Position numbers and translations under genes: made by a program. DNA of 64,000 nt from Octopus vulgaris (Eukaryota): contig OX597814.1 of the NCBI GenBank assembly GCA_951406725.2, forward strand, positions 96,906,001 through 96,970,000. The letters are read 5' to 3'. Within the stretch, counting starts at the first letter, position 1. Each line of letters opens with the position of its first letter. Below the pieces are notes generated by a model, which ran no database searches, was not told where the DNA came from, and saw only the letters and a program-made list of their open reading frames with translations. Below are positions 1-14,880 of the stretch, one piece after another.

Positions 1-293
1 TGTTGTTGTTTTTCTTATTCTTTTATTTTTTTCTGATGAGGAGCTAGTGCCCAAAATATCAGGACACTTTTCCTTCTTTTTAAGTATTAAACTAATACAA
101 CATTTGTTAAGGCTTATCCCTCCTGTGTTGGCTTCTTTTTGAACTTTCTGTCTAATGTGTGTGTGTATGACGAAATTGAGATAGACTACAACATAATCAA
201 GACTAACTATAACAATTTTGAGCCCTGATGATGACAAATTTGAAGGTTAACCCTGTATTTATATATAATTGTGTATGTACATATACATCATTG

Positions 294-368
<75 letters not shown>

Positions 369-427
369 TCATATATATACACAAACTACATATATATGCA
401 TATATATACACATACACATATGTATGC

Positions 428-467
<40 letters not shown>

Positions 468-1848
468 ATGTATGCATATATGTAATTAACTTTATGTTTG
501 TGTTTGTGTATACATCATCATCATTGTTTAATGTCCACTTTTCCATGCTTACATGGATTAGAGAAAACTTATTAGATATAACTTGGACATGCTTTCACAG
601 AGGATTACAAGCAACTCACAAATTATGTTGGTGACTTGTGCACAGATGCCATGACAAGAGGAACAGAGACACTTATATATTTATATATCATATTATATAT
701 ATTATATATACATTATATATATATATATATATATATACTTTATATAATTAGGGTTCAGCAAAAAAAATTTACTTATATATATATATATTGTATTATATTG
801 TATTATATATATATATGTTATATATTAAGGTATGTAGAAAAATACAACATGGACAAGAACGTATAACTCTTAGAAGACGATACAATAAACACGGACAGGA
901 CATTCAAAACCCTCAGTCTTCAGCCAAGAACCGGATCATCGTAGTAATTTCGGCTATATTATGTTATATAAATTATATATTGATATATTATATATATTAT
1001 ATATTTTATAGTAAATATATATATGCATGCAAACACACGTGTGCATGCACACACACAATAGGCTTCTTTCTAGTTACCGTTTATCAAATTTTACTCACAA
1101 CACAGACACACAAATGTATTTACGGAATATTAAGTTTTAAAGCTTATTGATTCATAGGATTAAGCATATCCACAGTTTGTCTTTGAACTCATAGAGAAGT
1201 AGATTTGGAATTATTTTGGTAAAAACAAAAGAAGTAAGATACAAAAAAAACCCCCATGACTATGAAACTTTACTAATATGTTTATATTATATGAAAAGAA
1301 GCAGTGCTTACAATATTCCTACTTTTTAAATATAACATTCATTTATACATGAAATAAGACTCAGGTGTACATCAGTAAACTTGCTCTGCCACATGTTCAT
1401 TCATAAAATGCAATATACTTATGTGTATAAATATATGCTTATTCTGTCTACACTCTTGCTTTTGTGTTTGTCTATATGTTTGTGCATAGGAACATTCACT
1501 ATGTGTGTCTGTCTGTCTGTTTCTGTGTTTTATCTGGGTTTGTGCATGGATATTTGCTATTAGAAATGTGTGAGTGTTTCCCATATATGTGTACTGGTCT
1601 GTTTTTATATGTATATCTCCATGTCTGTGTGCACACACTTTACCTTTTATTGTCTCTCTTTTATGTATGGGCAGGAATTATTTTTTATCGATTTTAAAAT
1701 TAAGATTTTTTTTTTTGTTTTGTTTTAAGGCTTTCGAAGCCAAGAAATAATTTTAGGCAAAAGAGCTTCTATTTAAGAGTAGAGTAGATGAAACACTAAT
1801 TAAAATTGTGGTATACACAAACACACTTTTAATATATGTATATATTAA

Positions 1849-2080
1849 AAGCCTTGTGAGTAGATTTGATTGGCAGAAACTGAAAGAAGCCCGTTTTATA
1901 TATGTGAGTGTGTGTCTGTGTTTGTCCCCCCACTATCGCTTGACAACTAATTTTGGTGTGTTTACATCCCTGTAACTTAGCAGTTTGGCAAAAGTGAGCG
2001 ATAGACAACGAATAAGTCCCCTGGCCAATTTGTTCAACTAAAGGTATTGCTACAGCATGACCGCAGTCAAATGACTGAAA
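1849..2080 (+). mobile_element. SINE family A fragment
   Basis: Same body and tail as the 11296-11602 copy. Confidence 0.8.
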
Positions 2081-2106
2081 CATATATATATATATATACA
2101 TTTCTA

Positions 2107-2137
<31 letters not shown>

Positions 2138-2330
2138 TATAGGTATAGGCATGCCTATGTGATTAACAACTGTGCTTTGCAATCATGTGGTTTATAGAAA
2201 TATATACACACACACACATATATACACACATACATACACATACATATATATACATACATATGTATATACATGTGTATATATGTGTGTGTGTGTATTTATA
2301 TGCATTCATTTCTATCCACATCTTTAAGCA

Positions 2331-2400
<70 letters not shown>

Positions 2401-2920
2401 GAATCTTCATCCTTATTCTCTCCTATATTCACTTTCTTGTACCTTGAGAGCATACCCTGACACCCTCATCACTACCATCATTTTCCTCATTCCAGCTGCA
2501 GTAACCATGTATCTCCTTCACAGGCAGAGACTTGTTTCTGCCTGCCTTTTAACAACTAGTATAAAACCATCTCCCTTAATACGACACACCCACTTAGTTG
2601 ATAGGTCTTGTTTTGTGAGTTACTTGGTAACATCATTAATATAAGTACTATGGAAAATGCACCCAGTACACTCTGTAAAACGGTTGGTATTAGGAAGATC
2701 ATACAGCCATAGGAATCATGCAAAAAGCAAACTTTTGAGCTTGATGCAACCTTCTAGCTCATAATAATTGTGTGTGTGTGCGTGTGTATGTATATATGTG
2801 TGTGTGTGTGTGTATATATATGTATATGTATATATTTTTTATATATATATATATATAGGTATGTGTGTATGTATGTGTATACTTTATAATTAGGGTTCAG
2901 CAAAGATATATGTGTGTATA

Positions 2921-2968
<48 letters not shown>

Positions 2969-2976
2969 TATATATA

Positions 2977-3007
<31 letters not shown>

Positions 3008-3839
3008 GTATGTATATATGTATATATATATATATGTATGTATATATATATGTATGTGTATATGTCTATATAGGTATATGCATTTATGTCTTCCATGTTA
3101 ACCTTGTACCTTGAGAGTTTGCCCTGGCAACCCATCACTACCATCTTCATACTTTTCCCAGTTAATACAACTCACCCTTATATAATGTGTTGTAGCCATA
3201 TATCTCCACCATAGCAAGACATTTGTGCTTTTCCCTACATCATACTTCAGCCTTTTAGCTCCAGGATTAGAGCCAACCCTCCCTCCCTCATACTCCCCTC
3301 CCCACCACCTAGTTGTAGGGTCTTTTTATCCTTTTCTGTTCTTTTTATGCCTTGCATCTTGTTCTGCAACCTCACGGTGCCTGGGGCATGTAAAAAGCAC
3401 CCCATACACAATGTAAGGTGGTTTGCATTGGGAAAGACATCTAGCTGCAGAAAACATGCCAAAGCTGGCACTGGATTGTATAGTACTGCTTTGTGGCTCA
3501 CTGGATCCTGCTGAACTGTCCATCCCATGCTGACATGGAAAATGGATATTAAATGATGTTGATGATGCAAAGCGAACTTTTTAACCACACTCCCAAGCCT
3601 GCACAGACACACACACATCATCATCATCATCATCATTTACCATCTGTTTTCCATGCTGGCATAGGTTGGACAGTTTGACAGGAGCTGGAGACCTGCAACA
3701 AGCTCCAATCGTCTGTTTTGGCATGGTTTCTGTGGCTGGCTGCTCTTCCTAGCACCAACCACTTTACATAGTGTATTGGGCACTGTTTATGTGGCACTGC
3801 CATGATCTGTGTGTATGTGTGTGCATATATACATATATA

Positions 3840-3888
<49 letters not shown>

Positions 3889-4871
3889 GCATACATTTAT
3901 ATATAAATATTTAACAGAAGCAACAGAGTAACTAAAGGACTGAGAGCTTCATGTATTAGCACTTGTCAAACTAGTTACAAATCAAGGGGTCATTCTGTTA
4001 CTTCTGCTAAATATGAATAAATATAACTATATATATATATATATATGTATGTATATATATATATATATATATATATACTCATGTTTGAGTTCTAATTTCC
4101 TGTTTGCCTTACCAAACCTATGCATACATACATACAATGAGAAAGAGAGAGAGAAACGCACTTTTTATTAAAACACTGATTCTCTAAAATAAAGCAACAC
4201 ACCTTTCGATTGGTCTCACTTTTGTACTAAATCATATTCACAATCAGTATTAATATTTTGAGTATTTAGTTCTCAGTTTTATCATATTCTCATGAATAGT
4301 TAATCCCAGGGTATATTCACACATTTGTGCACGTGCTTATAATTATATACATGTATATATCAATTTCATTTTGTGTAATTGAAGTCAACTTCTTCAGCAT
4401 TGAGAACCACAGAAACCTTATATTTCAAGTTAGTGTTTACACTGTTAGTTTTACTTCTTTCCTTTCCAAGTAGTTGAATTGACAGGTAATTTGGGATGAG
4501 ACGAATAGCTACACACATATATATGACTATGCATTTAGAAGGATAATGCAAAAGCTCATATGTTTTTGTGTTCAGAAAGTAGTGATTATCCTTTAAGATT
4601 ATAGATATTGTTACATAAAACAAATGAAAAAAGACAACAGTAAAAGTCTGTTTTATTTTGTTGGCACATTTCAGAAGCAATACATTTGTCTTTGTTAAAA
4701 TTTGAGTAAAATCTTTTTTGTGAATTTACACTTTTCACTAACACATATAAATCACAAAATTTGCTTATATTAAGTTTTTAATAGTAATTTTAGTACACTA
4801 ATTTTTTTTTTCTTTTTAATTCAATAATTAGGGTGAGAAGAAATGTTTATTAATTCTTTATTTTAGAACAT

Positions 4872-5099
4872 TTAACTTTTTAGCATTCAGATTACTCTGT
4901 CAAATATAATGCTTGTTTATTCGTGTTGTTTTGTATTAATCAAGCATTATCTCATAGCTTTGATATTTTAATGACGTTATTGATTGTTTTTAGAATGACA
5001 TTATAGGGTAGGTGTGAGAGGCCAGATCTGGCCAGTTTTAACATAAAACAAGTAGAATATTTCAGCCAGATATGGCCTGTTTAACTGCTAAAGGGTTAA
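4872..5099 (+). mobile_element. piggyBac-type MITE (related copies at about 30938-31228 minus, 32920-33135, and split at 39515-41005)
   Basis: ttaactttttagca ... tgctaaagggttaa ends (TTAA plus CCC-type TIR); shared core attcagattactctgtcaaat and agggtaggtgtgagaggc in several copies. Confidence 0.65.
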
Positions 5100-5696
5100 A
5101 TATACTCCCAAATATTTCTTTAAAATAACATTCATAATCATAACTGTATTGATGTAATACAATCACTATGTGACGTTTATACCTATTTGTAATAGTATTT
5201 ATGGTTTAGTTTGCAATTGTTAAGAGCAAAAACTAATAAACATTACTTGCATTCAATAGAACTGTGTTGCTTTATCAATGGCATTGTTTTATTCTTTGAT
5301 GAATATTATTACAAAACCTTACACACACACACACAAATCATATTCATCTCAGTATGTTTTATTGTTTCATGAAAAGAGTGTTTATATCAAGGCCTTGTAT
5401 TCTAGCAGTCCTAGTCAAGTCCTGCATGCCCACCAAAGATAATAAATTAATTGTAAATAGTCAACTTGTTCAATAAATACCATTGTTGAACATAATGGGA
5501 AATTAACTTTTCTGTCCCCTGTTATGAAATGTTGTGGCAGTTGTACTGAGATGTCACCATAAACTCCACAGCTATTTATCTAGGATTGGTGTATGGCGAC
5601 GTAATAGGAAGAAGTCAAAAATGATAGACAATGGATGAGCAACAATTCCATCAGTGTACACTTGTTCATTTTTATGGTGAGCAGTTGTATATCTTA

Positions 5697-5886
5697 TCTT
5701 TTATTTGTTTCAGTCATTAGTCTATGGTCATGGTGGGGCATTGCTTTGAAGGGTTTTAATCAAACAAATCAAACCCAGTACTTAATTTTTGCTGAACCAC
5801 TAAGTTATGAGGATGTAAACATACCAACACCAGTATTTTAAGTGGTGATGGTGATGAGGAACAAACACAAATACACACACGCATGT

Positions 5887-5934
<48 letters not shown>

Positions 5935-6388
5935 AGGTGCAATGGCCCAATGGTTAGGGCAGTGGACTCGCGGTCGTAGGATCGCAGTTTCGATTCCCAG
6001 ACCAGGCGTTGTGAGTGTTTATTGAGCAAAGACATCTAAAGCTCCACGAGGCTCCAGCAGGGGGTGGTGGCAATCCCTGCTGTACTCTTTCACCACAACT
6101 TTCTCTCACTATTTCTTCTGTTGGCCTGCTCGCTTAGCCAGCAGGGTGGCGTCATTTGAAAGCTAAAACAATGCGAAGCGCATTGTGACCAGCAATGTGT
6201 AGCAATATCTGATAGCCTAGTCGATCACAGTGATATATATACAATGGACTTCTTTTCAGTTTCCATCTGCCAAATCCACTCATGATACTTTGATCTATAG
6301 TAGAAGACACTTACCCAAGGTGTCACACAATCGAACTGAACCTGGAACTATGTGGTTGGGAAGCAAACTTCTTACCACACAATCACAC
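5697..6388 (-). mobile_element. SINE family A split by a nested SINE at 5933-6232
   Basis: Tail half at 5697-5885 and head half at 6236-6388, both reverse complement of family A. Confidence 0.75.
5933..6232 (+). mobile_element. tRNA-headed SINE (different family, CpG-retaining, younger)
   Basis: A-box tggcccaatgg and B-box-like gtttcgattcc; inserted in the (TA)n of a family A copy. Confidence 0.8.
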
Positions 6389-7941
6389 CTAAATTCTTGG
6401 AAGCTAATTAAGTAAAACTATTGTCTTCATTATAATTGTTTTCTTGCAATACCATAATATAATGTGGTCATAATTTGTTTTCAAATCTAATGTACTATAT
6501 ACTCAGAAGTAACGACTAAATCAGAAGTGATAATTGGGGCTGTTGATGTGGTCAACTGGAACAATTTAACCTGGAAAGTTGTATTGATATACTCACCCAG
6601 TTTCATCATTTTATTGTGTTCTTGTGCATTATATGTGCTAAAATTTATTAATATTGATCTGGACCACTATTCTTCCATGCACATTTCCCTGGAGCCATTG
6701 TTGCTTAGTTTGAGCCACCTTTTCCATTCAACGTCTCTTAGCCAACAAAATATTTTCAGACCTTCCATCTCAATACTATGTGCAAGATCCAACTCAACAA
6801 CCTCATTTAAATATGATTCTCAGAGTAATCATTAAATCCTCTCACACCGTAACATTTTTTTATCGACCCACCTAAAACATATTGTAATCACAATACATAC
6901 ATGCCCCTCCACCCTACCCTCCTCACAAAACACACACACACACACTATACACGGCCCAAAACAAACAAAATCCCATTCAGATAAAACCAATGTACGTGCA
7001 CATTCTTTTGGAGATGGTTTGAGAAGTTGTGTGGGTTCATCATCATCATCATCATTTAATGTCCACTTTCCATGCTGGCATGGGTTACATGGTTTGACTG
7101 AGGATTGTAAGCCAGGCTCCATTCTGTTTTGGCTTAGTTTCTATGGCTGGATACCCTTCCTAAAGCCAACCACTCCATAGAGTGTACTAAGTGCCTTTTA
7201 CATGTCATTGGCCCAGGCATCTTAAACGCATCACCATTCATGCGTCACCAGCACTGGCCACAGCAGATGTCCCTTTTATCATTATCACTTCCTTCTCTAT
7301 CTGAAAGGTTTGGTGCCAAATGTTTGCTTGTCAAAAAAAGCACTCAGTAGCTGTTGCCATGTGTACCTGTCTTCTTTTGCAATCAACATCTCTTTGCTTG
7401 CTGTATTCCACACATTTCATATGCAGATAATCAAACCATTTGTGGTTGTGGTGGTAGAGGAGTTTATGTTGACATTTAGCATACACAATTTGGATTTGGT
7501 GCCCAAAAGAACACAAGAACTGAACGTAAACTGGGGTGAAAACAACCTGTAGATCGCTGATCAACTTATGTCAAAATAGATTTCAAAGTGAGCATGTTCA
7601 GCTTTCCATTCTTAGATGTCAACCATGCAAGTATTATTACATCAAAAACTAAATATAAGAAAATCAAAAGGTTTTGGGATTTTATGCAATGAATGAAAAC
7701 AAGACTGGATTGTAACAAGTGAATTAACTGGAAGAAATAAGAGCCTGAGGTTAATTTTTGTGGGCAAATTTAAGAAAGTTGTTTATCAAGTAATTTTCTT
7801 GACTTTTAGTGAGCAATTAATTTACAATCATTGTTTTAATCTTTTTGCTTTCTCTGTTCTATATTTTTGTTGTTGTTTTGCCTAAATTTGGGAGCGCTAG
7901 TGGCTTTCCCTGCTTCCATGATTCATATGCCCATGTACATA

Positions 7942-8178
7942 TTGGGTTGGTGCATAATTATTGCGGCTTTTTTCAACAAAAACAATAGCAATATTTAACA
8001 AAAACATCTTTAAATGACAGTCTGATCATCTGCCAAGCAAATAGGAAGCAATAATTGAAGTAGATATGTGAATATGCTCTGGAATAATCATTTAAAGATG
8101 CTTTTGTTACATGTTGTTATTGTTTTTGTTGAATAAAGTTTGTTGAAAAAAAGCCGCAATGATTATGCACCAACCCAA
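7942..8178. mobile_element. Mariner-type MITE
   Basis: TIR ttgggttggtgcataattattgcggcttttttcaaca and its reverse complement, TA on both sides, extended internal inverted repeat; TIR resembles Hsmar1/MADE1-type ends. Confidence 0.88.
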
Positions 8179-9597
8179 TACATAGAAAAGAATTATGTTG
8201 CATATCTAATTCTACATGCTATGATGCTGTTGTATTTGGTGTCTTAAAGAAAAAGATATGCTAAAATGATTTCTTGATGCCTTTTGCATGATGCATGAAA
8301 CCTAAGATTTGGGAGTGGAATGAAAGTTATGACATTCATCAGCAACTTAAGTTATATGGAACAGTCCTAAATAGCTATGTACTGTGTTGAGTGGAATGTG
8401 GTATTACAAGACAAATACCCATTTGAAAAAAATTTATTGTTTTTGTTTTTCTGTGTAGCTGTGTACTTAATGCAGTAATGAGAGGTTCTTAAAGCATTAA
8501 TGAGCAGTTTATCTTGAAACTAATTGTTTGATATCAAAGAAAATGTTTTTTTTACTAAATTGAATGGTTGTTTTTAGGTCATAAAGAACCATGTCATTCA
8601 TTTATTATTTGAGAGATACAGCTGGCTTACTGTTTCACAGCCCATATTAGTAATGTGTAATATTCATGGCAAATACACCTGTTCACACAGATAAGTAACA
8701 AGGGTGATAGATTTAAATGATGAGTTGTGAAAGTTCTATACATTGAGCAATAGTTTTATGATTAGTTACTTGAAAGTTTTGATCTAAAATCTCTTTTATC
8801 AAAAGTTCAGTATTATAACTAAGTTTAGAGGTGTCTCTCAACTGCTCTATACCTTGAAAACTGAGATAAATAAAATCTAACACCATTGAGGTTTGAAGGA
8901 GAAATAAGGTTATTAGTGCTAATATTTGTAATGTAGTGTTGAGTAAGGTGATACAATTCAGAATGTCTTTGTGTTTGGTTGCTTCATACAAAATCATTAA
9001 ATAAAAAGGAAATAAAACTGTTAAACAAATTAATTTAATATACAAGCCTGCATACAGATCATCTATTAACCCTCATGAGCCTCTTATAATGTAAAGGTTT
9101 ACTTTGACAAAAAGGAGAACATGAAGAAAGCAATTATGTAATGCTGTTCATATACTACAGGGAGTAAACCATATCACTTATGATCCTTGTCTGAACAATT
9201 ACATTGCAGAAAGAAATCATTGGTGTAACGCTGAAGAGAGATAACAGCTGGTAAGGTGAGGAGTGGATATTGATTAGAACTAAAACAGGTTTTTTTTTGC
9301 CTTTTTTCTTTTCCAGTTTTTTTCATTATTATTACTTAAGAACTGAGTATCAGTTACACTCAGATGCACTTGCATCATCTCTCATCACTTTTAGTGCATT
9401 TCACTCACCAGACACTGTACTGAACATTTCACTCAATCCTTCTTTTGAAGATAGACGTCCTTTTAGGATACCCTCCCTACACTTAGCCACATACCCCCAC
9501 CCCCAATATCAATATGAGAATGTTGAAAAGAAAAAAAACAAAAAAAAATAAATAAACAACAACTCTATCAACCTTACCAAGCTATTCTTATTCATTA

Positions 9598-9845
9598 ATC
9601 TTTTCTACTCTTGGCACACAGCCTGAAATTTTGGGGGAGGGGTCCAGTCAATTAAATCAACCCCAGTATGCAACTGGTACTTGATTTATCAACCCAGTAT
9701 GCAACTGGTACTTGATTTATCAACCCCAAAAGGATGAAAGGCAAAGTTGACCTAGGTGGAATTTGAACTCGGAACATAAAAATAGACGAAATACTGCTAA
9801 GCATTTCACCCAGCGTGCTAACATTCCTGCCAGCTCACTGCCTTC
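9598..9845 (-). mobile_element. SINE family B (copies also at about 12420-12635 minus, 19520-19690, 35085-35305)
   Basis: Shared gagttcaaattcc B-box and gactttgcctttcatcctttt core; this copy has an internal tandem duplication of about 31 nt. Confidence 0.8.
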
Positions 9846-10804
9846 TTATTCATTAATCTTGAATGACCTGCAAGGGCTATTAGTATTGTCCCACTTCATA
9901 AAACTAACCTCAAAAAAAATAATAAAATAAAATAATAATAATAATAATAATAATAATTGTTGATTATAAATTCATTGATATGCAAATGAATGTGAAAATA
10001 AATATAAAAAACTTGTATTTACAGTAGCTAGTCTGGAGGTAAAGGAAACTAAGTCATTTGACAGATGGTTGGTCTGATTATTTAATAGTATACGTAACCT
10101 TTCTATTCTTAGTTGTAGCATTCTTTATTTATTTTCACTGTTCCATATAAACGTTCCTTCTTTTTCACTTGCATGGAGATCAATATTAATCTGAATTCCA
10201 ACTGCTTAAATTCATTCCCCTATTTCTCTTCCTTTCTCTCTCATTTTTTTTTTTTTTTATTATTTTCATTTTTCCTTCTTATGTGTATTTCTATTTTTCT
10301 GTCATTCTCAGTTTCTGTCTTTTTCTGTTTCTCAACACGACTGAAGAAAGCAGTTTTTGGTTTCTAGTGCTTTCCATACTTTCATCATCCTGCTCTATTA
10401 AATGACAAGCACGTGTTTCACTCACACATGCTGCATTTCATTCACATCATGCATAAATTAGAAAGCATTTATTTTATTTTTTTTAACGATATATGATAAA
10501 TAATAAGGTGATATGATAATTATAACGATATCGATGATGGTAAGAAGATGGAAGAGGAAGATAATAATAGTAATAATAATAATAATAATAATGGTTGTGG
10601 TGGTTGTCATAGTGGTGGTGGTAGTATTTGATGAGAACAAGTGTGGTGGTGATGGTGGTACCTTTGATATGGTAGTGTTGACTTTTATTTTAAACTGTTT
10701 TTCTTTACTTTGAACATAATTACAAATAACAATTTTACTGATTCACACTTAGTACATTAGTTATTACAGTTTTCATAATGTATGCCACATAGTTATTATT
10801 GTTG

Positions 10805-10835
<31 letters not shown>

Positions 10836-11295
10836 CATTATTGCAACATGAAATACAACTGAAACAATAAACAAAATACTTCATCGCTTCTTATTCAGTT
10901 CAGTCAATTTTGCCTCCCATTATTCTAATCAATAAAATAAATAGTGGCTATTGATTGAATTAACTGTAAAATTGGCATTGTGCCTAGTTGAAAGGAACCA
11001 ACATATTTTGACATAAACATATCCATGTTTTTCTATAGCCCAAGGTCAGCTCTTATCATCAAAAGCTTTCCAGCCATGATGTTCATATCTTTTTATGCGT
11101 AACCAAGGTTGTATTGATCAATGTATCCTTTCTTTTTTCCAAGATGATAGGGTGTGATTTGTGGAAAATTTGGCTGTTATATCTAGCATTTTGAATAGCT
11201 GCATAGAGGTATCCTCCTTAGCTTGAACATTTCCTATGTTGTATGTATCAGTGAATGTACAAAAACTATATATATATATTGATATATATATCAAT

Positions 11296-11360
11296 GCCGA
11301 CCAATGCCTTGTGAGTGGATTTGGTAGACGGAAACTGAAAAGAAGCCCGTCGTATATATG

Positions 11361-11391
<31 letters not shown>

Positions 11392-11602
11392 TTGTGTGTC
11401 TGTGTTTGTCCCCCTAGCATTGCTTGACAACCGATGCTGGTGTGTTTACATCCCCGTCACTTAGCGGTTCGGCAAAAGAGGCCGATAGAATAAGTACTGG
11501 GCTTACAAAGAATAAGTCCCGGGGTCGATTTGCTCGACTAAAAGGTGGTGCTCCAGCATGGCCGCAGTCAAATGACTGAAACAAGTAAAAGAGTAAAAAG
11601 AG
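11296..11602 (+). mobile_element. SINE family A (octopus-type), 5'-truncated
   Basis: gccttgtgagtggatttggtagacggaaactgaaagaagcccgtcg...ggtgctccagcatggccgcagtcaaatgactgaaacaagtaaaagag, shared with many copies in the window. Confidence 0.85.
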
Positions 11603-12252
11603 AATATATATATATATATATATATTGGTAGCACAATTAACAATGCTATTTCACTGGTTTACTTTACAGTTTAAGTGCCATTGTAATGTGTATATTATAT
11701 ATTTTTGTGTATATGTCTGTCTGTATGTATGTGTATATACAAACATACACACTTGTAGACATATGTGCGTATGTATGTGAATGTCTCATTAGGTGTGAAC
11801 TTGTGTTTATCCTAAAGAGAGAGGTGTCTGCTCATGCTTGCCCTACTCTCTGTAGAATGAACATGACACTCCCAATAATCAGGCAATAACTAGCTGAAAC
11901 TAACCAAGCTGTTCTTAAGTTTAGCTTGCAGAGAGAATTCTGTGGGTTTAGCCACTGAGTCTATTTATACAGTAAGGCTGAATGAATGTTTATTAAATAT
12001 TTATATATGTAATGTGAGTGTATCCACTCACAGTTGTCTCTGTAATTTTATCTTATTGACCTTGCTCAGATTTACCTGACTCAGTTATACTGACCATCAT
12101 GATCATACACAGTGTTTGGTAGGTTAGCATGGGCTTTATCTCATATCTAGTTTTTGATGGACATTTAACCCAATTAGGTTCGTGTTGACATGTTCATAAA
12201 GGTGTGCATCCTTAATGAATTCTGGCTTAACTCCCCAGTAATGTCTTGCAAA

Positions 12253-12256
<4 letters not shown>

Positions 12257-12343
<87 letters not shown>

Positions 12344-12346
12344 CTC

Positions 12347-12390
<44 letters not shown>
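12257..12390 (+). repeat. (CT)n microsatellite
   Basis: Directly visible; similar tracts at 294-325, 2333-2398 and 35586-35630. Confidence 0.95.
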
Positions 12391-12393
<3 letters not shown>

Positions 12394-12799
12394 CACGGCA
12401 TCTGTAGTTGTAAGAAGATTGCTTTCAAGGTTTGGCACTAGGCCAGCAGTTTCAAGGGAGGGACAGGTCGATTTAGTCAACCCCAGTTCTTGGCTGATAC
12501 TTTTTTTATTGACTCCAAAAGAATGAAAGGCGAAGACAACCTTGGCAGAATTTGAACTCAGAATGAAAAAACCGGATGAAATGCTGCTAAGCTTTTTGCC
12601 CAGTGTGCTAACAATACTGCCAGTTTGCCACCTTAGTGACTATAAGAAGATTGCCATACAGTTTTTGTTTGGTTGGAGATATTAAAAATGGCCTGTAACA
12701 TGAGAGTGTGAGTGCTGTCAAACCTAGTTTCCAGATGTTTGGTGAGCATCCAGTTAGTAGGCCTATACAATAGCACTGATGTCACAGTAACTCAGTTGT

Positions 12800-13040
12800 G
12801 GAGGCATGTGGCTTAATGGTTAGAGTCTTGAACTCATTATTGTAAGATTGTGGTTTCATTTCCTGGACCAGGCAATGCATTGTGTTTTTGAGCAAAATAC
12901 TTCATTTCACATTGCTCCAGTCCATTCAGCTAGCAAAAATGAGTAATCCTGCATCCTGTCCAGGTGGGGAATCTATAAGCTATGGAAACCTGGAAACTGG
13001 TCCTTATGAATCGGCATGACTCTAAAAGGTAACTAACTTT
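12800..13040 (+). mobile_element. tRNA-headed SINE family C (related copy at about 56935-57222 minus)
   Basis: tggcttaatggtt A-box; ttgagcaaaatacttcatttcacattgctccagtccattcagc core shared between the two copies. Confidence 0.72.
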
Positions 13041-13438
13041 ACATTAACACAGCAGTGACTTCTTTCAAGACCATCTGATGCTTATGAAATTCCAAATAGA
13101 TTACACTAAGGCCATCAAGAACAACAAATTTTTATATATTTTCTTTCAATGTATTGTTGCTCTCTGAGTATACAAAGATGTCTACAGATTTTCAAAGGTT
13201 TGAGCATTTAAGGTTAGATTTTGTAATTCTGTAATTCTAATGCATAGCTACTCTATCTGTTTGCACCATTTCTTGGAAATAATATTAAACAGGATTATTA
13301 GAAGTGTACATGCAGTTAGTGAAGCAAGTACTTCCTCTTGGTAGCAGTGTTTAAAATTTAAAAAACAGACAAATATGACAACAACAATGAAATCAATTAA
13401 CTAAATTACTTGGAAAACATACATTTATAAATACATAC

Positions 13439-13471
<33 letters not shown>

Positions 13472-13774
13472 ATGCATGTATATGTATGTGTATATATCAT
13501 CATCAGTGTTTAACGTCCGTTTTCCAGAGTGTAGTTCAACAGAAATATGAGAATGAATGGGTTGATGTAGTGAACTGAGGTCATCTATGCAATTAATTAT
13601 TAGACAGAATTTCCCTGTATGAATGTTTAAAATCCAAAAACAATCAGCAAATTAGACAATAAAATTAGTTGATTGGAAGTTTTGGAAACTATATTAAAAA
13701 AAGATGCAGATTTATGTTTGTATATATTTATATATATGTACATATATGTGTGTGTATATACATATATATATATA

Positions 13775-14880
13775 TCAGGCTGATTAAAAAGTAAGTAACA
13801 TTTCATCACAATTTATTTCAACAATGAAGAAATTTTATTCATCAAAGTACCATTAACAATCAACACATTTCTACCAAGTTATAAGTTTGTTTATTCCAGT
13901 AACATAAAAATCTGGAGTTCTGGAGCTGATGAACTCTTTGAATGCTCTTTCAGCATCAGTTTGATTTTTGAGCCCCTTCTCTTGCAGGAAACCATCAAAG
14001 TAAGTGGTAGTCGGTAGGAGAAAGGTCTGGGGAATAAGCTGGGTGGGGAAGAACTTCATAGCCAAGTTCCCTCAACTTCTGGAGCATCTGTAGTGAAACA
14101 TGTGGTCAAGCATTGTCATGAAGAATGATTGGCCCTCTTCTGTTGACCAGTCTGGGACAGAAGAGTTGCAGTTTTTTGTTCATTTTGGCAATTTCATGGC
14201 AATATGTTTCTGCAATAGTGGTTTTTTGGGGGTTTTAAAAAGTTATAGTGGATGAGTCCAGCAGTACAGCACCAAACAGTCACCATAACCTTTTTGAAGA
14301 GCTCAGAGATTAGGAAGGTTTTCAGTGCTTCATTTTGGTCCAACCACTGCGAAGAATGTTATTTATTATTGTACAGAATCCACTTTTCATCGCAAGTTAA
14401 AATACAGCCGAGAAATGGATCAGTCTGGTTACGGAGACGTGATGAGCAAATTTCATATCTGCACATTTTCTGATTTTCATTAAAATCATGTGATACCCAT
14501 TTGTTGAGCTTCTTTGATTTTCTGATAGCATCCAGCTGTAGAAACTTTGCCAGATCAGATTGAAGCCTGGTTCAGCCTTCTGGCTTGTCAGCCCTCAGTC
14601 AAACTGTCCAACCCATGCCAGCATGGTAAGCGGACATTAAACAATGATGATGATGCAGGCATAGCTAACTTGAAGTTCTTTTGCTAGTTCTCGAGTGGTT
14701 TTACGTGGATCTTTCTCGATGACAGTCTTTAATCGACCGTCATTGATAAGAGATAAGTATCTACTATGCTTACAATCTTCAAGGCTCAAGTCTCCATTGC
14801 ATGTTCGGTTGGATGGGATACTTGAATTTGTTCAAAAGCTTCATAGCACAGTCTTTCTTCTTGTCCTTGATGGTTTGGGA
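13775..14880 (-). mobile_element. Decayed mariner transposon interrupted by a retroposon tail (about 14525-14655)
   Basis: Minus strand gives HDNA*PH and YSPDLSPTDYH motifs; TIR-like end next to (TA)n; right boundary approximate. Confidence 0.8.

Noticed and set aside
228-3150. Many ORFs rich in YI, CV, HT, SL or ER dipeptides here and throughout the window
   Set aside because: They are translations of (TA)n, (TG)n and (CT)n microsatellites, not proteins.
5933-6010. Possible intact tRNA gene
   Set aside because: The tRNA-like segment continues into a SINE body and lacks a proper acceptor stem and terminator; it is a SINE head.
9161-9250. Possible upstream exon (tacag|...ctg|gtaagg)
   Set aside because: Splice-like signals only; no homology or transcript evidence, so it cannot be assigned to the gene.
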